Source: a virus
Virus record (IMG/VR): IMGVR_UViG_3300050016_000100
Span: 9,145 to 73,144 of that record
Length of the DNA: 64,000 nt
Reading direction: 5' to 3' (one strand)
The notes under the pieces were generated by a model, which made no database searches, had not been told where the DNA came from, and saw nothing but the letters and a program-made list of their open reading frames with translations. The translations under genes and the position numbers were made by a program. Positions 47,857 through 57,247 of the stretch are shown piece by piece (position 1 is the stretch's first letter; each line of letters begins with the position of its first letter).

Positions 47857-48227
47857 ATCTACACGACATTGCGTCTGGCGCGATCGGTTCGGTCAACCCG
47901 ACCGTGCTGGTAACGCTACAGCACAGCACCGGATCGACGACGGACGACGATGGCAAGCGGACCCCGACCTACGACACGACGACCGGGGTGCGCGCGCAAG
48001 TGCAGGCGCTGACGTTCACTGACCTGCACCAAATTGACGGGCTAAACCTGAACGGGACTCGGCGTGCCATCTATCTATACGGCGCCGTCGCTGCTACGGT
48101 GCGCGCGAGCGGTCAGGGAGGCGACCTGATAACGCTACCAGACGGAAGCGTGTGGCTGGTCGCTTACGTCCTCGAACAGTGGCCTGATTGGTGCAAAGTA
48201 GTTTGCACCCTCCAGGACGGGTCATGA
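47853..48227 (+). CDS. Head closure/neck protein
   Basis: NLH.IA..AI..VNP, QVQAL, GGDL, VLEQWPDW. Confidence 0.78.
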   Translation: MNLHDIASGAIGSVNPTVLVTLQHSTGSTTDDDGKRTPTYDTTTGVRAQVQALTFTDLHQIDGLNLNGTRRAIYLYGAVAATVRASGQGGDLITLPDGSVWLVAYVLEQWPDWCKVVCTLQDGS

Positions 48228-48805
48228 ACTCTGGCATTTATGTAATCACGTCACCGTCCGGCGGGCAGTATATCGGAAGCGCCATTCACTTCGGCACCCG
48301 CTGGCGACAACATCAGTACGAACTTCGGAAGGGTTCTCACTTTAATCGCGCGCTACAGCGGGCGATGGCTAAGTATGGAATCGAGCAGTTGCGGTTCGAA
48401 AAGTTACTGGTGTGTCATCCGACCGATTTGCTGATGTTCGAGCAGATCGCACTCGACGGATTAAATCCGAGATACAATGCTTGTCCAATTGCTGGAAGCC
48501 AACTCGGGCGCCGCCATACCCACGACTCGAACGAAAAAAACGCCGCCGCTCATCGTGGCAAGAGTCTCACGCCAGAGCATAGAGAAAAGCTTCGGCAGAA
48601 GTCTCTTGGCAATCAGAACATGAAGGGGAAGCTGATGCCGTGCGAGGTTAGAGATAAAATCTCTGCGGCATTAAAAGGACGCGGCCCTTCCTCGGATCAC
48701 ATGCAACGTCTTCATCATAGTAACCGAGGCCGAAAAAAATCGGCTGAGGAGATAGCTCGGCGCCAAACGACTCGTGCGGCGAATCAGATGGCGGCAATGG
48801 CATGA
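48224..48805 (+). CDS. GIY-YIG homing endonuclease with NUMOD3-like repeats
   Basis: SGIY...YIGS...RW..H; HTHDS/EHREK repeats; lower GC. Confidence 0.88.
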   Translation: MNSGIYVITSPSGGQYIGSAIHFGTRWRQHQYELRKGSHFNRALQRAMAKYGIEQLRFEKLLVCHPTDLLMFEQIALDGLNPRYNACPIAGSQLGRRHTHDSNEKNAAAHRGKSLTPEHREKLRQKSLGNQNMKGKLMPCEVRDKISAALKGRGPSSDHMQRLHHSNRGRKKSAEEIARRQTTRAANQMAAMA

Positions 48806-49530
48806 CGGCGCTGCTCGCTCCGACTCAGTCGAACATCATGAAAACGCTGCGGACGTTCATCTTGAGCGTCGTTCCGTCTGGCGTCGCAGTGGTCGATGGG
48901 CAAGACAACCGCGTGTCGGAACCGGCCGGTTCGGACTTCGTGGTGATGACTCCGATCAGGCGCGACCGGCTTTCGACCAATGTGGACACATACGTCGACG
49001 CACTGTTCACCGGATCGATTGCCGGAAACATCCTAACCGTCTCCGCCGTATCGTTCGGCGCTATCAAGATTGGCAGTCCGGTCCTCGGCAGCGGGGTCAT
49101 GGCGAACACGTCCGTCACGGCGCTCGGCAGCGGATCTGGGGGCACCGGGACTTACACGATCAACAATCCCCAGAACCTCGGCAGCCGGCCGATCGCGTGC
49201 GGCGTCGCGGCGATCCTGCAGCCGACAAGGGTGATCGTCCAACTCGACGTCCACGGACCAGGCAGCAACGATAACGCGCAGATCATCGCGACAGCGCTTC
49301 GCGACGAGTACGCGTACGAAAGTTTCAAGGCATCCGGATTCGACGTCACTCCGCTCTATGCGGAGGACCCGAGGCAGATACCTTTTCTGAACGATCAACA
49401 GCAGTACGAGACCCGGTGGGTGATCGAGGCCGCAATGCAGGCCAACCAAGTCGTGACGGTTCCGCAGGAGTTCGCGGGCGTCGTGACGGTCCTCACCAAG
49501 AGCATCGAAGAGGCATTTCCAGCATCATGA
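48802..49530 (+). CDS. Tail terminator/neck protein with G/S/T-rich insertion
   Basis: GQDNRV.EP, QLDVHG, PLYA, QYE.RW. Confidence 0.78.
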   Translation: MTALLAPTQSNIMKTLRTFILSVVPSGVAVVDGQDNRVSEPAGSDFVVMTPIRRDRLSTNVDTYVDALFTGSIAGNILTVSAVSFGAIKIGSPVLGSGVMANTSVTALGSGSGGTGTYTINNPQNLGSRPIACGVAAILQPTRVIVQLDVHGPGSNDNAQIIATALRDEYAYESFKASGFDVTPLYAEDPRQIPFLNDQQQYETRWVIEAAMQANQVVTVPQEFAGVVTVLTKSIEEAFPAS

Positions 49531-49542
49531 GGAACTAAAACC

Positions 49543-51288
49543 ATGACAATTCCCGCAAACCAAGTCGTCACCGTCACCCCAGGCGTGCTCGCCGCAGGCG
49601 GCAATGCGCTCGACCTAATCGGAATCATGCTGACCGCGAACACGAGGGCACCGGCGGGCACGATCCTTTCATTCCCGGACCCGACGTCCGTTGGAAAATA
49701 CTTCGGTTCATCGTCGGATGAGACCGCAAAGGCCAAGGTCTACTTCAAGGGGTTTGATAATTCGAATGTCAAACCGGCCAAGTTGCGCATCGCGCAATAC
49801 AACGCGGCGGCTGTCCCCGCCTATTTGCGCGGCGGCCAAGCATCGACGCTGACGTTGACACAACTCCAGGCGCTCAGTGGGTCACTGACCGTCGTGATGG
49901 ACGGCTATCCGCACACCGCTAATGCGATCAACCTCTCGGCCGCGACAAGTTTCTCGTCGGCTGCGAGCATCATCGGAAGCGCGATTAACGCCTCCGAACC
50001 GGTCCAAGCTAACTTCACCGGCTCGATCTCTGGCAACCTCCTGACCGTTTCCGCGGTAGCTTCGGGCGTGCTCGCGATCGGTCAGACCGTGAGCGGCACC
50101 GGCGTCGTAGCTGCGACCATCATCACTGGACTCGGAACGGCAACCGGAAGCACCGGAACGTATAACGTCAATAACGCGCAGACGGCTATTAGTGCGGGCA
50201 TGAGCTCGCTCGCGACCGCGCCCACCGTGAGCTACGACTCAATCTCCGGCGCGTTCGTCGTCACTTCCGGAATCGTTGGTGACGAATCGTCGGCGGCGTT
50301 CGGCAGTGGCACCATCGCTGCCGGACTGATGCTGACGTCCGTCACTGGTGCCGTGCTGAGTCAAGGCGCAGACGCGACCACGCCAGGCCCATTCATGGAT
50401 TCGATCGTCAACCAGACCCAGGACTGGGCGACATTCTTCACGCTGTTCGATCCTGATGGCGGCAACGGCCATGCGAACAAGCTAGCGTTCGCTCAGTGGA
50501 CGAGCCTGACCATCGACCGCTACGCGTACATCTGTTGGGACAATGACATCGTCGCGACGGAGATCGTTCCTGCGACGTCGACCCTCGGCTACGCGCTGCA
50601 GCAGGCCAACTATGACGGCACCTGCCTGATCTATTCACCCGACGCCGAAAAGGCGGCGTTTATCAGCGGCACGGTCGCATCGATTGACTTCACCGAGACG
50701 AACGGCCGTACCACCGGCGCGTTCCGCTCGCAGGCCGGGCTGCTTGCCGACGTCACCGACGCCGCAACCGCGGTCAACCTTGCGGGCAATCCGCAGGTCG
50801 CTGGCGACTTCGGCAACGGATATAACTTCTATGGAGCCTATGCGACGGCGAACGACCAGTTCGTGTTCTTCAATCGCGGCACCATCACCGGTCCGTGGGA
50901 CTGGTTGGACAGCTACATCAACCAGATTTGGCTGAACAACCAGTTCCAACTCGATCTGATGCTGATGCTGACTCAGAACAAGTCCGTGCCGTACAACCCG
51001 CAGGGCTACGCGTTGATCGAAGCCGCGCTGATGGACACGATCCAGGAGGGCCTCAACTTCGGCGCCTTCCGCGCCGGCGTCACGCTTTCCGCGCTACAGG
51101 CCGCAGAGGTCAACAACGCGGCGGGCAAGCCGATCGACAAGACGCTCAGCACACAGGGCTGGTACTTGCAGATCAAGGATGCCCTCCCGGCCGTTCGCCA
51201 GAACCGCGGCTCGCCGCCGTGCACGTTCTGGTACATGGACGGTGAGAGCGTCCAGGCCATCAACCTCGCCAGCATCGACGTCCAGTAA
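49543..51288 (+). CDS. Tail sheath protein (DUF3383-type)
   Basis: 581 aa; FG..S.E, WATF, GYNFYG, R.SP...WY.DG. Confidence 0.88.
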   Translation: MTIPANQVVTVTPGVLAAGGNALDLIGIMLTANTRAPAGTILSFPDPTSVGKYFGSSSDETAKAKVYFKGFDNSNVKPAKLRIAQYNAAAVPAYLRGGQASTLTLTQLQALSGSLTVVMDGYPHTANAINLSAATSFSSAASIIGSAINASEPVQANFTGSISGNLLTVSAVASGVLAIGQTVSGTGVVAATIITGLGTATGSTGTYNVNNAQTAISAGMSSLATAPTVSYDSISGAFVVTSGIVGDESSAAFGSGTIAAGLMLTSVTGAVLSQGADATTPGPFMDSIVNQTQDWATFFTLFDPDGGNGHANKLAFAQWTSLTIDRYAYICWDNDIVATEIVPATSTLGYALQQANYDGTCLIYSPDAEKAAFISGTVASIDFTETNGRTTGAFRSQAGLLADVTDAATAVNLAGNPQVAGDFGNGYNFYGAYATANDQFVFFNRGTITGPWDWLDSYINQIWLNNQFQLDLMLMLTQNKSVPYNPQGYALIEAALMDTIQEGLNFGAFRAGVTLSALQAAEVNNAAGKPIDKTLSTQGWYLQIKDALPAVRQNRGSPPCTFWYMDGESVQAINLASIDVQ

Positions 51289-51304
51289 GGAAGGAACAAA
51301 CATC

Positions 51305-51736
51305 ATGGGTCTCACCCTCACCGCGGCCAATTCCATCATCCAGATCACGGTCGCCGGCGTCGGCGGCGCCACGCTTGCAGGATTTGCTGCCGACGACATC
51401 TTCAACACCCCGTCGATCGCACCGACCGAAACGGTCATGGGCGTCGACGGCAACCTCTCCGGCGGATTCACCTTCCGCGAGATCAAGCAGGACTATTCGA
51501 TCATGCCGGATAATCCGGCGACGAACGACCTGTTCACGCAATGGCAGCAGCAGCAGCAAAGCCAGCAGGACGCGTTTACGGCGAACGGTATCGCTATCGT
51601 GCCTGGTCTGCTTCAAAAGTGGATCATGACCAAGGGATTCCTGACCGGCTTCCCACCGGTGCCGAGCGCCGGCAAGCTGTATAAGGCGCGCAAGTTCGAG
51701 ATCACCTGGGAACGGGTCAATTCCGCGCCGACATGA
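51305..51736 (+). CDS. Tail tube protein
   Basis: Follows the sheath; MGVDG.LSGGF. Confidence 0.8.
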   Translation: MGLTLTAANSIIQITVAGVGGATLAGFAADDIFNTPSIAPTETVMGVDGNLSGGFTFREIKQDYSIMPDNPATNDLFTQWQQQQQSQQDAFTANGIAIVPGLLQKWIMTKGFLTGFPPVPSAGKLYKARKFEITWERVNSAPT

Positions 51737-51748
51737 GGAGGACGTTAG

Positions 51749-52198
51749 ATGGGGCGAAAGACGAAGCCAATCGAGATCAAGGAAGAAGGTCGCGACAAGG
51801 GTAAAGTATTCGTCATCAAGGAGATGTCGGCGCGCGGCGCCTTTAAGTGGGGTTGCCGCGCGCTGTCTGCGATGTCTCGATCGGGCGTTCCGATGCCACC
51901 AAATATCGAAGGCACCGGTCTGCTCGGCGTCGCGGCGATCGGCATCCGCGGCATATTCCTCGCGGACCCGGACGAGATCGAGCCGCTGCTCGATAAAGTC
52001 ATGAGCGAGTGCATACGCTTTGCGCCCAGCAAGGAACCGGAGCTGACCCGACTCGTCAACGATGATCTTGATGACATCGAAGAAGTCGCAACGGTGATTT
52101 TTCTCTACATGGAGGTGCTCGACCTGCACGTGGGTTTTTCCGTGGCCGACGCCCTTTCGAAGCTGGCGTCGGCGAAGACGACGACGGACCAGAACTAG
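51749..52198 (+). CDS. Tail assembly chaperone (G)
   Basis: GRDKGK.F.I.EM, DIEEV.T; position between tube and tape measure. Confidence 0.8.
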   Translation: MGRKTKPIEIKEEGRDKGKVFVIKEMSARGAFKWGCRALSAMSRSGVPMPPNIEGTGLLGVAAIGIRGIFLADPDEIEPLLDKVMSECIRFAPSKEPELTRLVNDDLDDIEEVATVIFLYMEVLDLHVGFSVADALSKLASAKTTTDQN

Positions 52199-52359
52199 TC
52201 GAGTACCCCAACGTAGACCCCGCCTGTGGAGCAGTAATTTCGGCCGGCAAAGCTACGATGCACGAGCTCGACACGGTCTACGGGCTGGAGGACCTTTACG
52301 ACTTGCTCGAGATACTGACCGTCGACACCCACAATCGCCGTTTGCTAAAAAGGGAATGA
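52132..52359 (+). CDS. -1 frameshift extension of the tail chaperone (GT-like)
   Basis: In-frame slippery G GGT TTT at 52132-52138; -1 frame open to TGA at 52359 (EYPNV...ATMHELDTVYGLEDLYDLLE). Confidence 0.75.
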   Translation, partial: GFFRGRRPFEAGVGEDDDGPELVEYPNVDPACGAVISAGKATMHELDTVYGLEDLYDLLEILTVDTHNRRLLKRE

Positions 52360-52363
52360 CGAC

Positions 52364-52570
52364 ATGCCATCACTAACTGCCGCCCAAGCCACCACGTTTG
52401 CTGACCAGATGCTGATCTCTCAGGCAGGCCAGAGATATATCCAGGTTGCCAATGACCCTACCCTCCAGGACGCCTTCACTAAGGTAAATTCGTTCATAGC
52501 GAAGTACACCGTCGCGGCTGCTTTTCACGATGCTCTAATCGCCGACTCCAGGTTTGTGCCACCGGGCTGA
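52364..52570 (+). CDS. Small hypothetical protein
   Basis: ORF between chaperone and tape measure. Confidence 0.55.
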   Translation: MPSLTAAQATTFADQMLISQAGQRYIQVANDPTLQDAFTKVNSFIAKYTVAAAFHDALIADSRFVPPG

Positions 52571-52582
52571 TAGAAAACCGTC

Positions 52583-54115
52583 ATGCCCACCATCATCGAC
52601 TCCCTCATCGTCGAACTCGCGCTCGATCCTTCTAAGTTCACGCAGGGTCAGCGAGAAGCCGTCGACTCGCTTCGAAAGACCGAGGAAGCGGCGGTCGGGT
52701 CCGGCAAGAAGACCGAGGAGGCTGGCGCCAGGTCGTTCGAGGGCATGAACCGGCTCGGCAAGCAGGCGCTCGGGTTCTTCGCTCTCATCGCCGGCGGTGT
52801 TGGCATGAAGGAGTTCGCGCAGCGGATCGTCACCGGCGACGTTGAGATGGGGCGCATGGCGCTGCGGCTCGGCCAGACCGTCAGCGGCCTCTCTGTCATG
52901 CGCGGCGCTGCGATTCTCGCCGGCGGCGACGCCGCAACGATGACGCAGTCGGCACTGAACCTGACCCAGCAGCTCCAGATGCTTTGGATCACCGGCACGT
53001 CGCAGGTGATCCCGTTCTTCCGCGCGCTGCACATTGACGTGCGCCGCGGCAATGGCACGTTCAAGGACGCGACCGAGCTCTACCTTGAGATGGCGAAGCG
53101 ATTCGAGGGAATGGACCCCGCGCGCGCCGGCGCCTTCATGTCGGCGATGGGCATCGACAACACCACCATCGCCATGATCCTCAAGGGCCGCGACGCCTTC
53201 CAGTCTTACCTCGACGAAGCCAAGAAGTTCGGCCCGATCAATGAAGAAGATGCCGCCGCAGCCGAGACGATGCTGCGCGCCTGGCGCGCGATCGAAGTCC
53301 GGTCGCTGGCGCTGGGCGGCCGCCTAACGACCACGCTTCTGCCGACGATCAGGCGCATTAAGGAAATCCTCGAACAGCCGATCTCGGAAGTCCCCGGCAA
53401 TCTGGCGGCGTGGATTTCGCGCAAGTTCTCGCCTGACAAAAGCGTCGCCGCGATAGACAAAATCAATCCGTTCGCGCCCATCATACTGCCGGAACCAAAG
53501 AAAACGCCGGGACTCGTGGATACGGTTACCACGCCGTTCCGCGAGATGTTCAAGGGTGCCACGACGACGCCGTCACCGTCGCCGCCTATCCAGCTACCCG
53601 AGCCGGAGAAGATGCCGGGACTCTGGGAGACGATCACCGCCCCATTCCGCGGCGAGCCTGAGCCGACGCCGTTGCCGAAGTCGCGCCCGATCCCGTCCCG
53701 CGCGTCCGGCGACTGGAAGGTCCCCGAGATTATGCTGGCGATGCTCCACCCCGGTGAGATGGTTGTGCCCGCGCCGATCGCCGATAAGGTTCGCGCTGGT
53801 GGCGATGGAGGCGGCTTGCCCGGTCGCGCTCCGGAAGACCGTGAGACGCGCCTACACGGATGGGAAGGCATTGCGCTACGCGGCGTTCAAGGTCTGCTGC
53901 AGGGCGCGGCGGGCGCGGCGCAGGTGAACAACAGCCATACCGATAACCGTTCCGAAAGCAGCGTTCACAACAACACCGAGACCCACGTCGGCAACGTCCA
54001 CATCCACACGACCGCGCAGGATGCCAGCGGCATCGCTCGCGACCTTCGCGCTGCGCTCGAGACATCGAATGAGCGGATCCGCCGGACCGCGCAAGCCAAC
54101 AGCAGCCTGGTGTGA
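52583..54115 (+). CDS. Tape measure protein
   Basis: TIIDSL.V.L.LD N-terminus; Ala/Gly-rich helices; position. Confidence 0.8.
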   Translation: MPTIIDSLIVELALDPSKFTQGQREAVDSLRKTEEAAVGSGKKTEEAGARSFEGMNRLGKQALGFFALIAGGVGMKEFAQRIVTGDVEMGRMALRLGQTVSGLSVMRGAAILAGGDAATMTQSALNLTQQLQMLWITGTSQVIPFFRALHIDVRRGNGTFKDATELYLEMAKRFEGMDPARAGAFMSAMGIDNTTIAMILKGRDAFQSYLDEAKKFGPINEEDAAAAETMLRAWRAIEVRSLALGGRLTTTLLPTIRRIKEILEQPISEVPGNLAAWISRKFSPDKSVAAIDKINPFAPIILPEPKKTPGLVDTVTTPFREMFKGATTTPSPSPPIQLPEPEKMPGLWETITAPFRGEPEPTPLPKSRPIPSRASGDWKVPEIMLAMLHPGEMVVPAPIADKVRAGGDGGGLPGRAPEDRETRLHGWEGIALRGVQGLLQGAAGAAQVNNSHTDNRSESSVHNNTETHVGNVHIHTTAQDASGIARDLRAALETSNERIRRTAQANSSLV

Positions 54116-54118
54116 CGC

Positions 54119-54610
54119 ATGGAATTACTGACCGCAGACGGCCCGAATCTTCCGGCCATCACCCAGTGGGGACTTTTCGGCGGTGGCGGCGCGGCCGTAA
54201 CCGCTGACAATGTCGTCGCGTTCGAGCTCAAGAAGAATTGGTACTTGGCCGACTACCCGGTCGAGGGCGGAGGATTCGAGAGCTACGACAAGGTTGCGGT
54301 GCCCTATGACGTCCGACTCCGTTTCTCGGCGGGCTACTCCGCAGGTAACCGCGCGGCGCTGCTCAATTCAATCGACCGGATCGCCGGAGACCTGAATCTC
54401 TACGATGCGGTGACGCCCGAAAAGACCTACCCGAACGTCAATGTCACGCACTACGATTTTCGACGGACTGCCGATCGCGGCGCCGGGCTGATCCAGCTCG
54501 ACGTGTGGCTGCTCGAAGTCCGATCCGGGTCGTCATCGGTGTTCGGCAGCGGTGCGCAGGGTGCAAGCGCGTCGAGCGCGAGCTTCGGCGGAAACGTGCA
54601 GGCGAAATAA
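54119..54610 (+). CDS. Baseplate/tube initiator protein
   Basis: DYPVEGG.F.SY.KV.P motif. Confidence 0.7.
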   Translation: MELLTADGPNLPAITQWGLFGGGGAAVTADNVVAFELKKNWYLADYPVEGGGFESYDKVAVPYDVRLRFSAGYSAGNRAALLNSIDRIAGDLNLYDAVTPEKTYPNVNVTHYDFRRTADRGAGLIQLDVWLLEVRSGSSSVFGSGAQGASASSASFGGNVQAK

Positions 54611-54611
54611 G

Positions 54612-54926
54612 ATGAAGACGATTCCTCTCCAGCCGCTTCCATGCCAGATCGTGGGCGTCACGCTTGCGAACCAGGTCTGCCAGATCAAGGTCTACCAGAA
54701 GTTCTTCGGCGTATTCATGGACCTCTACGTCAACAATAAGCTGATCATCGGCGGCGTCATCTGCGAGAACCTGAACCGGATCGTGCGATCGCTTTATCTC
54801 GGCTTCCTCGGCGACCTGCAATTTAAGGATACGCAGGGCTCCGCCGACGTGGAGTACCACGGCATCGGCACGCGGTTCGTGCTCCAATATCTTGAGGTAT
54901 CGGACTTGGCTCCAGGGGAAGGCTAA
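54612..54926 (+). CDS. Baseplate protein
   Basis: IPL..P.Q...L.NQ, GF.GDL.F.DTQG. Confidence 0.72.
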   Translation: MKTIPLQPLPCQIVGVTLANQVCQIKVYQKFFGVFMDLYVNNKLIIGGVICENLNRIVRSLYLGFLGDLQFKDTQGSADVEYHGIGTRFVLQYLEVSDLAPGEG

Positions 54927-54930
54927 CCGC

Positions 54931-55827
54931 GTGGCCTTCTTCCACAAGATGATCAACGTGACGTTCGGGCTTGCGAGCGGGTCGCTGTTCGCACAGTCGG
55001 GTGGCGTCCCTGGCGACATGCTTCAGCTTAAGGGATTGCGCGTGACGGCCGAGATCACTAAGGCCGGCGGCGCAGCGCTCGGGACCGCGCGGCTCAAGAT
55101 TTACGGAATGACGAACTCGCACATGAACAAGCTCTCGACGCTTGGCATGATCTACCAACTGGTCCCGCGCAACAGCGTCACAGTCGAGGCGATTGACGAA
55201 AACGGAAGCTCGATTGCGTTCACCGGCACGATCACGAACGCCTATGCCGACTTTAAGTCGATGCCGGACGTTCCATTTCACGTCGAGGCGCACACTGCAC
55301 TCTACGAGGCCACGGAATCCGCGCCCGAGCAAAAGAGCTACAAGGGCACGATCGACATCTCGCGGATCGTCACCGAACTCGCCGGACTGATGGACCTAAC
55401 GCCAGAGCTCAATGGCACGACCTTCAAGCTCCACGATCAGACGCTCAAGGGCTCCTACCGCGAGCAGGTCAAGCAAGCGATTGAAGCTGCCGGCCTCGGC
55501 AATAACTGGGTGATCGACGACACCACGCTGGCGATCTGGCCGAAGGGCAGCTCGCGGCAGACGAAAGGTGCGGTGCTGATCTCGAAGGATACCGGGATGA
55601 AGGACGCGCCGTCGTTTACTGCGATGGGGATATTGGTCGAGACCAGGTATAACCCGAATATCGTGTTCGGCGGCAAGGTCGAGATCAAGAGCATCTATAC
55701 GCCGGCGAACGGCACCTACACGGTCTACACGATCAACCATTACCTCGAGGCGAATGTCCCGAAGGGCGGATGGTTCTCGACCATCGGCGCTTACGATTCG
55801 TCCGCTGCCGCACCGGTGACGCTATGA
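54931..55827 (+). CDS. Baseplate hub protein
   Basis: GLR, IYG...M..L, IS..TGM..P. Confidence 0.75.
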   Translation: MAFFHKMINVTFGLASGSLFAQSGGVPGDMLQLKGLRVTAEITKAGGAALGTARLKIYGMTNSHMNKLSTLGMIYQLVPRNSVTVEAIDENGSSIAFTGTITNAYADFKSMPDVPFHVEAHTALYEATESAPEQKSYKGTIDISRIVTELAGLMDLTPELNGTTFKLHDQTLKGSYREQVKQAIEAAGLGNNWVIDDTTLAIWPKGSSRQTKGAVLISKDTGMKDAPSFTAMGILVETRYNPNIVFGGKVEIKSIYTPANGTYTVYTINHYLEANVPKGGWFSTIGAYDSSAAAPVTL

Positions 55828-56885
55828 GCGGCGATCTCGTCGGATACGGCCAGCAGGAGCCGGGCGATACCTCCTCGGACTTCAACACCACGACCTTCAT
55901 GGTCCGGCAGATGATTGCGCGCCTATCGATTACCAAGCTGGTGCAGGTGGTGGCGGTCAATAAGGAGAAGAATCCGAACCCGCAACAGGGCGAGGACCCA
56001 GACGTCGCGCCAGCTGGCACCGTCGACGTCGTTCCGCTCGTCAACCAGATCGACGGGCGTGGCAACGCAACGCCTTGGGCCACCGTCTACAACGTGCCAT
56101 TCACGCGCATTTACTCCGGCACCAGTACGCAAAACGGCGGAACGATTAGCGCGATCATCATGGACCCGCAGGTCGGGGACATCGGTTACGTCGTGGCGAA
56201 TGACCGCGATTCCGGGACAGTGATCAGGAATCTACAGGCGATCATCCGGGCCGACGGCCAGATCCCGGTCGCGAAGACGAAAAGCCAGGTTCCGACGCCA
56301 CCGCAGGGCAATCCTGGCTCCTTCCGCCGTTTCGACATATCCGATGGAATCTATGTCGGCGGCGTGCTCGACAAGAAGCCGAACCAGTACATCCTCTTCA
56401 ACGCGAAGGGGATCGTCGTCTACGACAGTTTCAAGAACAACATGGTGATGAACAAGGACGGCATCGTCATCCTCGACAAAAATAATAACAAAATCACCAT
56501 GAACAAAGACGGCATTGTGATCCTCGATAAAAGCAACAATAAAATCACGATGGACACCTACGGCATTGTCGCGCTGGACAAGAACGGCAACCAGATCACG
56601 CTCAACGCGAACTGCATCGAGGTCAAGGATTTCAACAGCAACGACATGCTGATGAACGCGAGCGGAATCCACATGACCCCGAAGACCGGGCAGCCACTAT
56701 CCATTAACGGTTCGGTGTCAATCAATGGTGCGCTGACCGCTACGGCGAACATCGGAACTACCGGCGGGAACGTCATCGCGCTCCTCGGAAACCCGGGTCA
56801 GGTCGACCTGCTGTTCCATGTTCATACCTACGACCGACCGGACGGCGTGTCCCATCCGTTCAACACTCTCTTCCCACAGGGGTAA
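55824..56885 (+). CDS. Baseplate spike (gpV/Gp138-like)
   Basis: VDV.PLV.Q, P.VGD.G....DRD, R.FD.SD; beta-helix repeats; HVH tip. Confidence 0.8.
   Translation: MSGDLVGYGQQEPGDTSSDFNTTTFMVRQMIARLSITKLVQVVAVNKEKNPNPQQGEDPDVAPAGTVDVVPLVNQIDGRGNATPWATVYNVPFTRIYSGTSTQNGGTISAIIMDPQVGDIGYVVANDRDSGTVIRNLQAIIRADGQIPVAKTKSQVPTPPQGNPGSFRRFDISDGIYVGGVLDKKPNQYILFNAKGIVVYDSFKNNMVMNKDGIVILDKNNNKITMNKDGIVILDKSNNKITMDTYGIVALDKNGNQITLNANCIEVKDFNSNDMLMNASGIHMTPKTGQPLSINGSVSINGALTATANIGTTGGNVIALLGNPGQVDLLFHVHTYDRPDGVSHPFNTLFPQG
56401..56660 (+). repeat. 51-bp (17-aa) imperfect tandem repeat in the spike gene
   Basis: NKDGIVILDKNNNKITM-like unit about 5 times. Confidence 0.8.
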
Positions 56886-56888
56886 CAG

Positions 56889-57245
56889 ATGCAGACGCTT
56901 CTCCTCGACCCCGATACCTGGGACCTCACGGTCGACGGCCACGGCAACATTGCCGTCGCCGATCCGGCGCTCTCGCTCGCGCAGGATGCGGCGGCAGCGA
57001 TTCGTCTGTTCCGCGGCGAGCTCTGGTACGACATCGGCCCCGGCGTTCCGTACTGGGAGGCGATCCTCGGTAAGTGGCCGCCGGTCGAGCTGATGAAGGC
57101 GAAGTTCAACGAGGCGGCGCTGAGCGTGCTGCCGGAGGGGTTCACGGCGGAGTGTTTCATCACCTCCATCGTTGACCGCCGTGTCGCCGGTCAGGTACAG
57201 ATTAAAGACTCGGGCGGCACGATCGTTTCAGCGGCGGCGTTCTAG
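56889..57245 (+). CDS. Baseplate wedge (gp46/W-like)
   Basis: WDL..D..GNIA, GE.WYD..GVPY. Confidence 0.78.
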   Translation: MQTLLLDPDTWDLTVDGHGNIAVADPALSLAQDAAAAIRLFRGELWYDIGPGVPYWEAILGKWPPVELMKAKFNEAALSVLPEGFTAECFITSIVDRRVAGQVQIKDSGGTIVSAAAF

Positions 57246-57247
57246 CG

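Noticed and set aside
53480-53655. LPEP.K.PGL..T.T.PFR duplication in the tape measure protein
   Set aside because: Real but only two copies; internal repeats are ordinary in tape measure proteins
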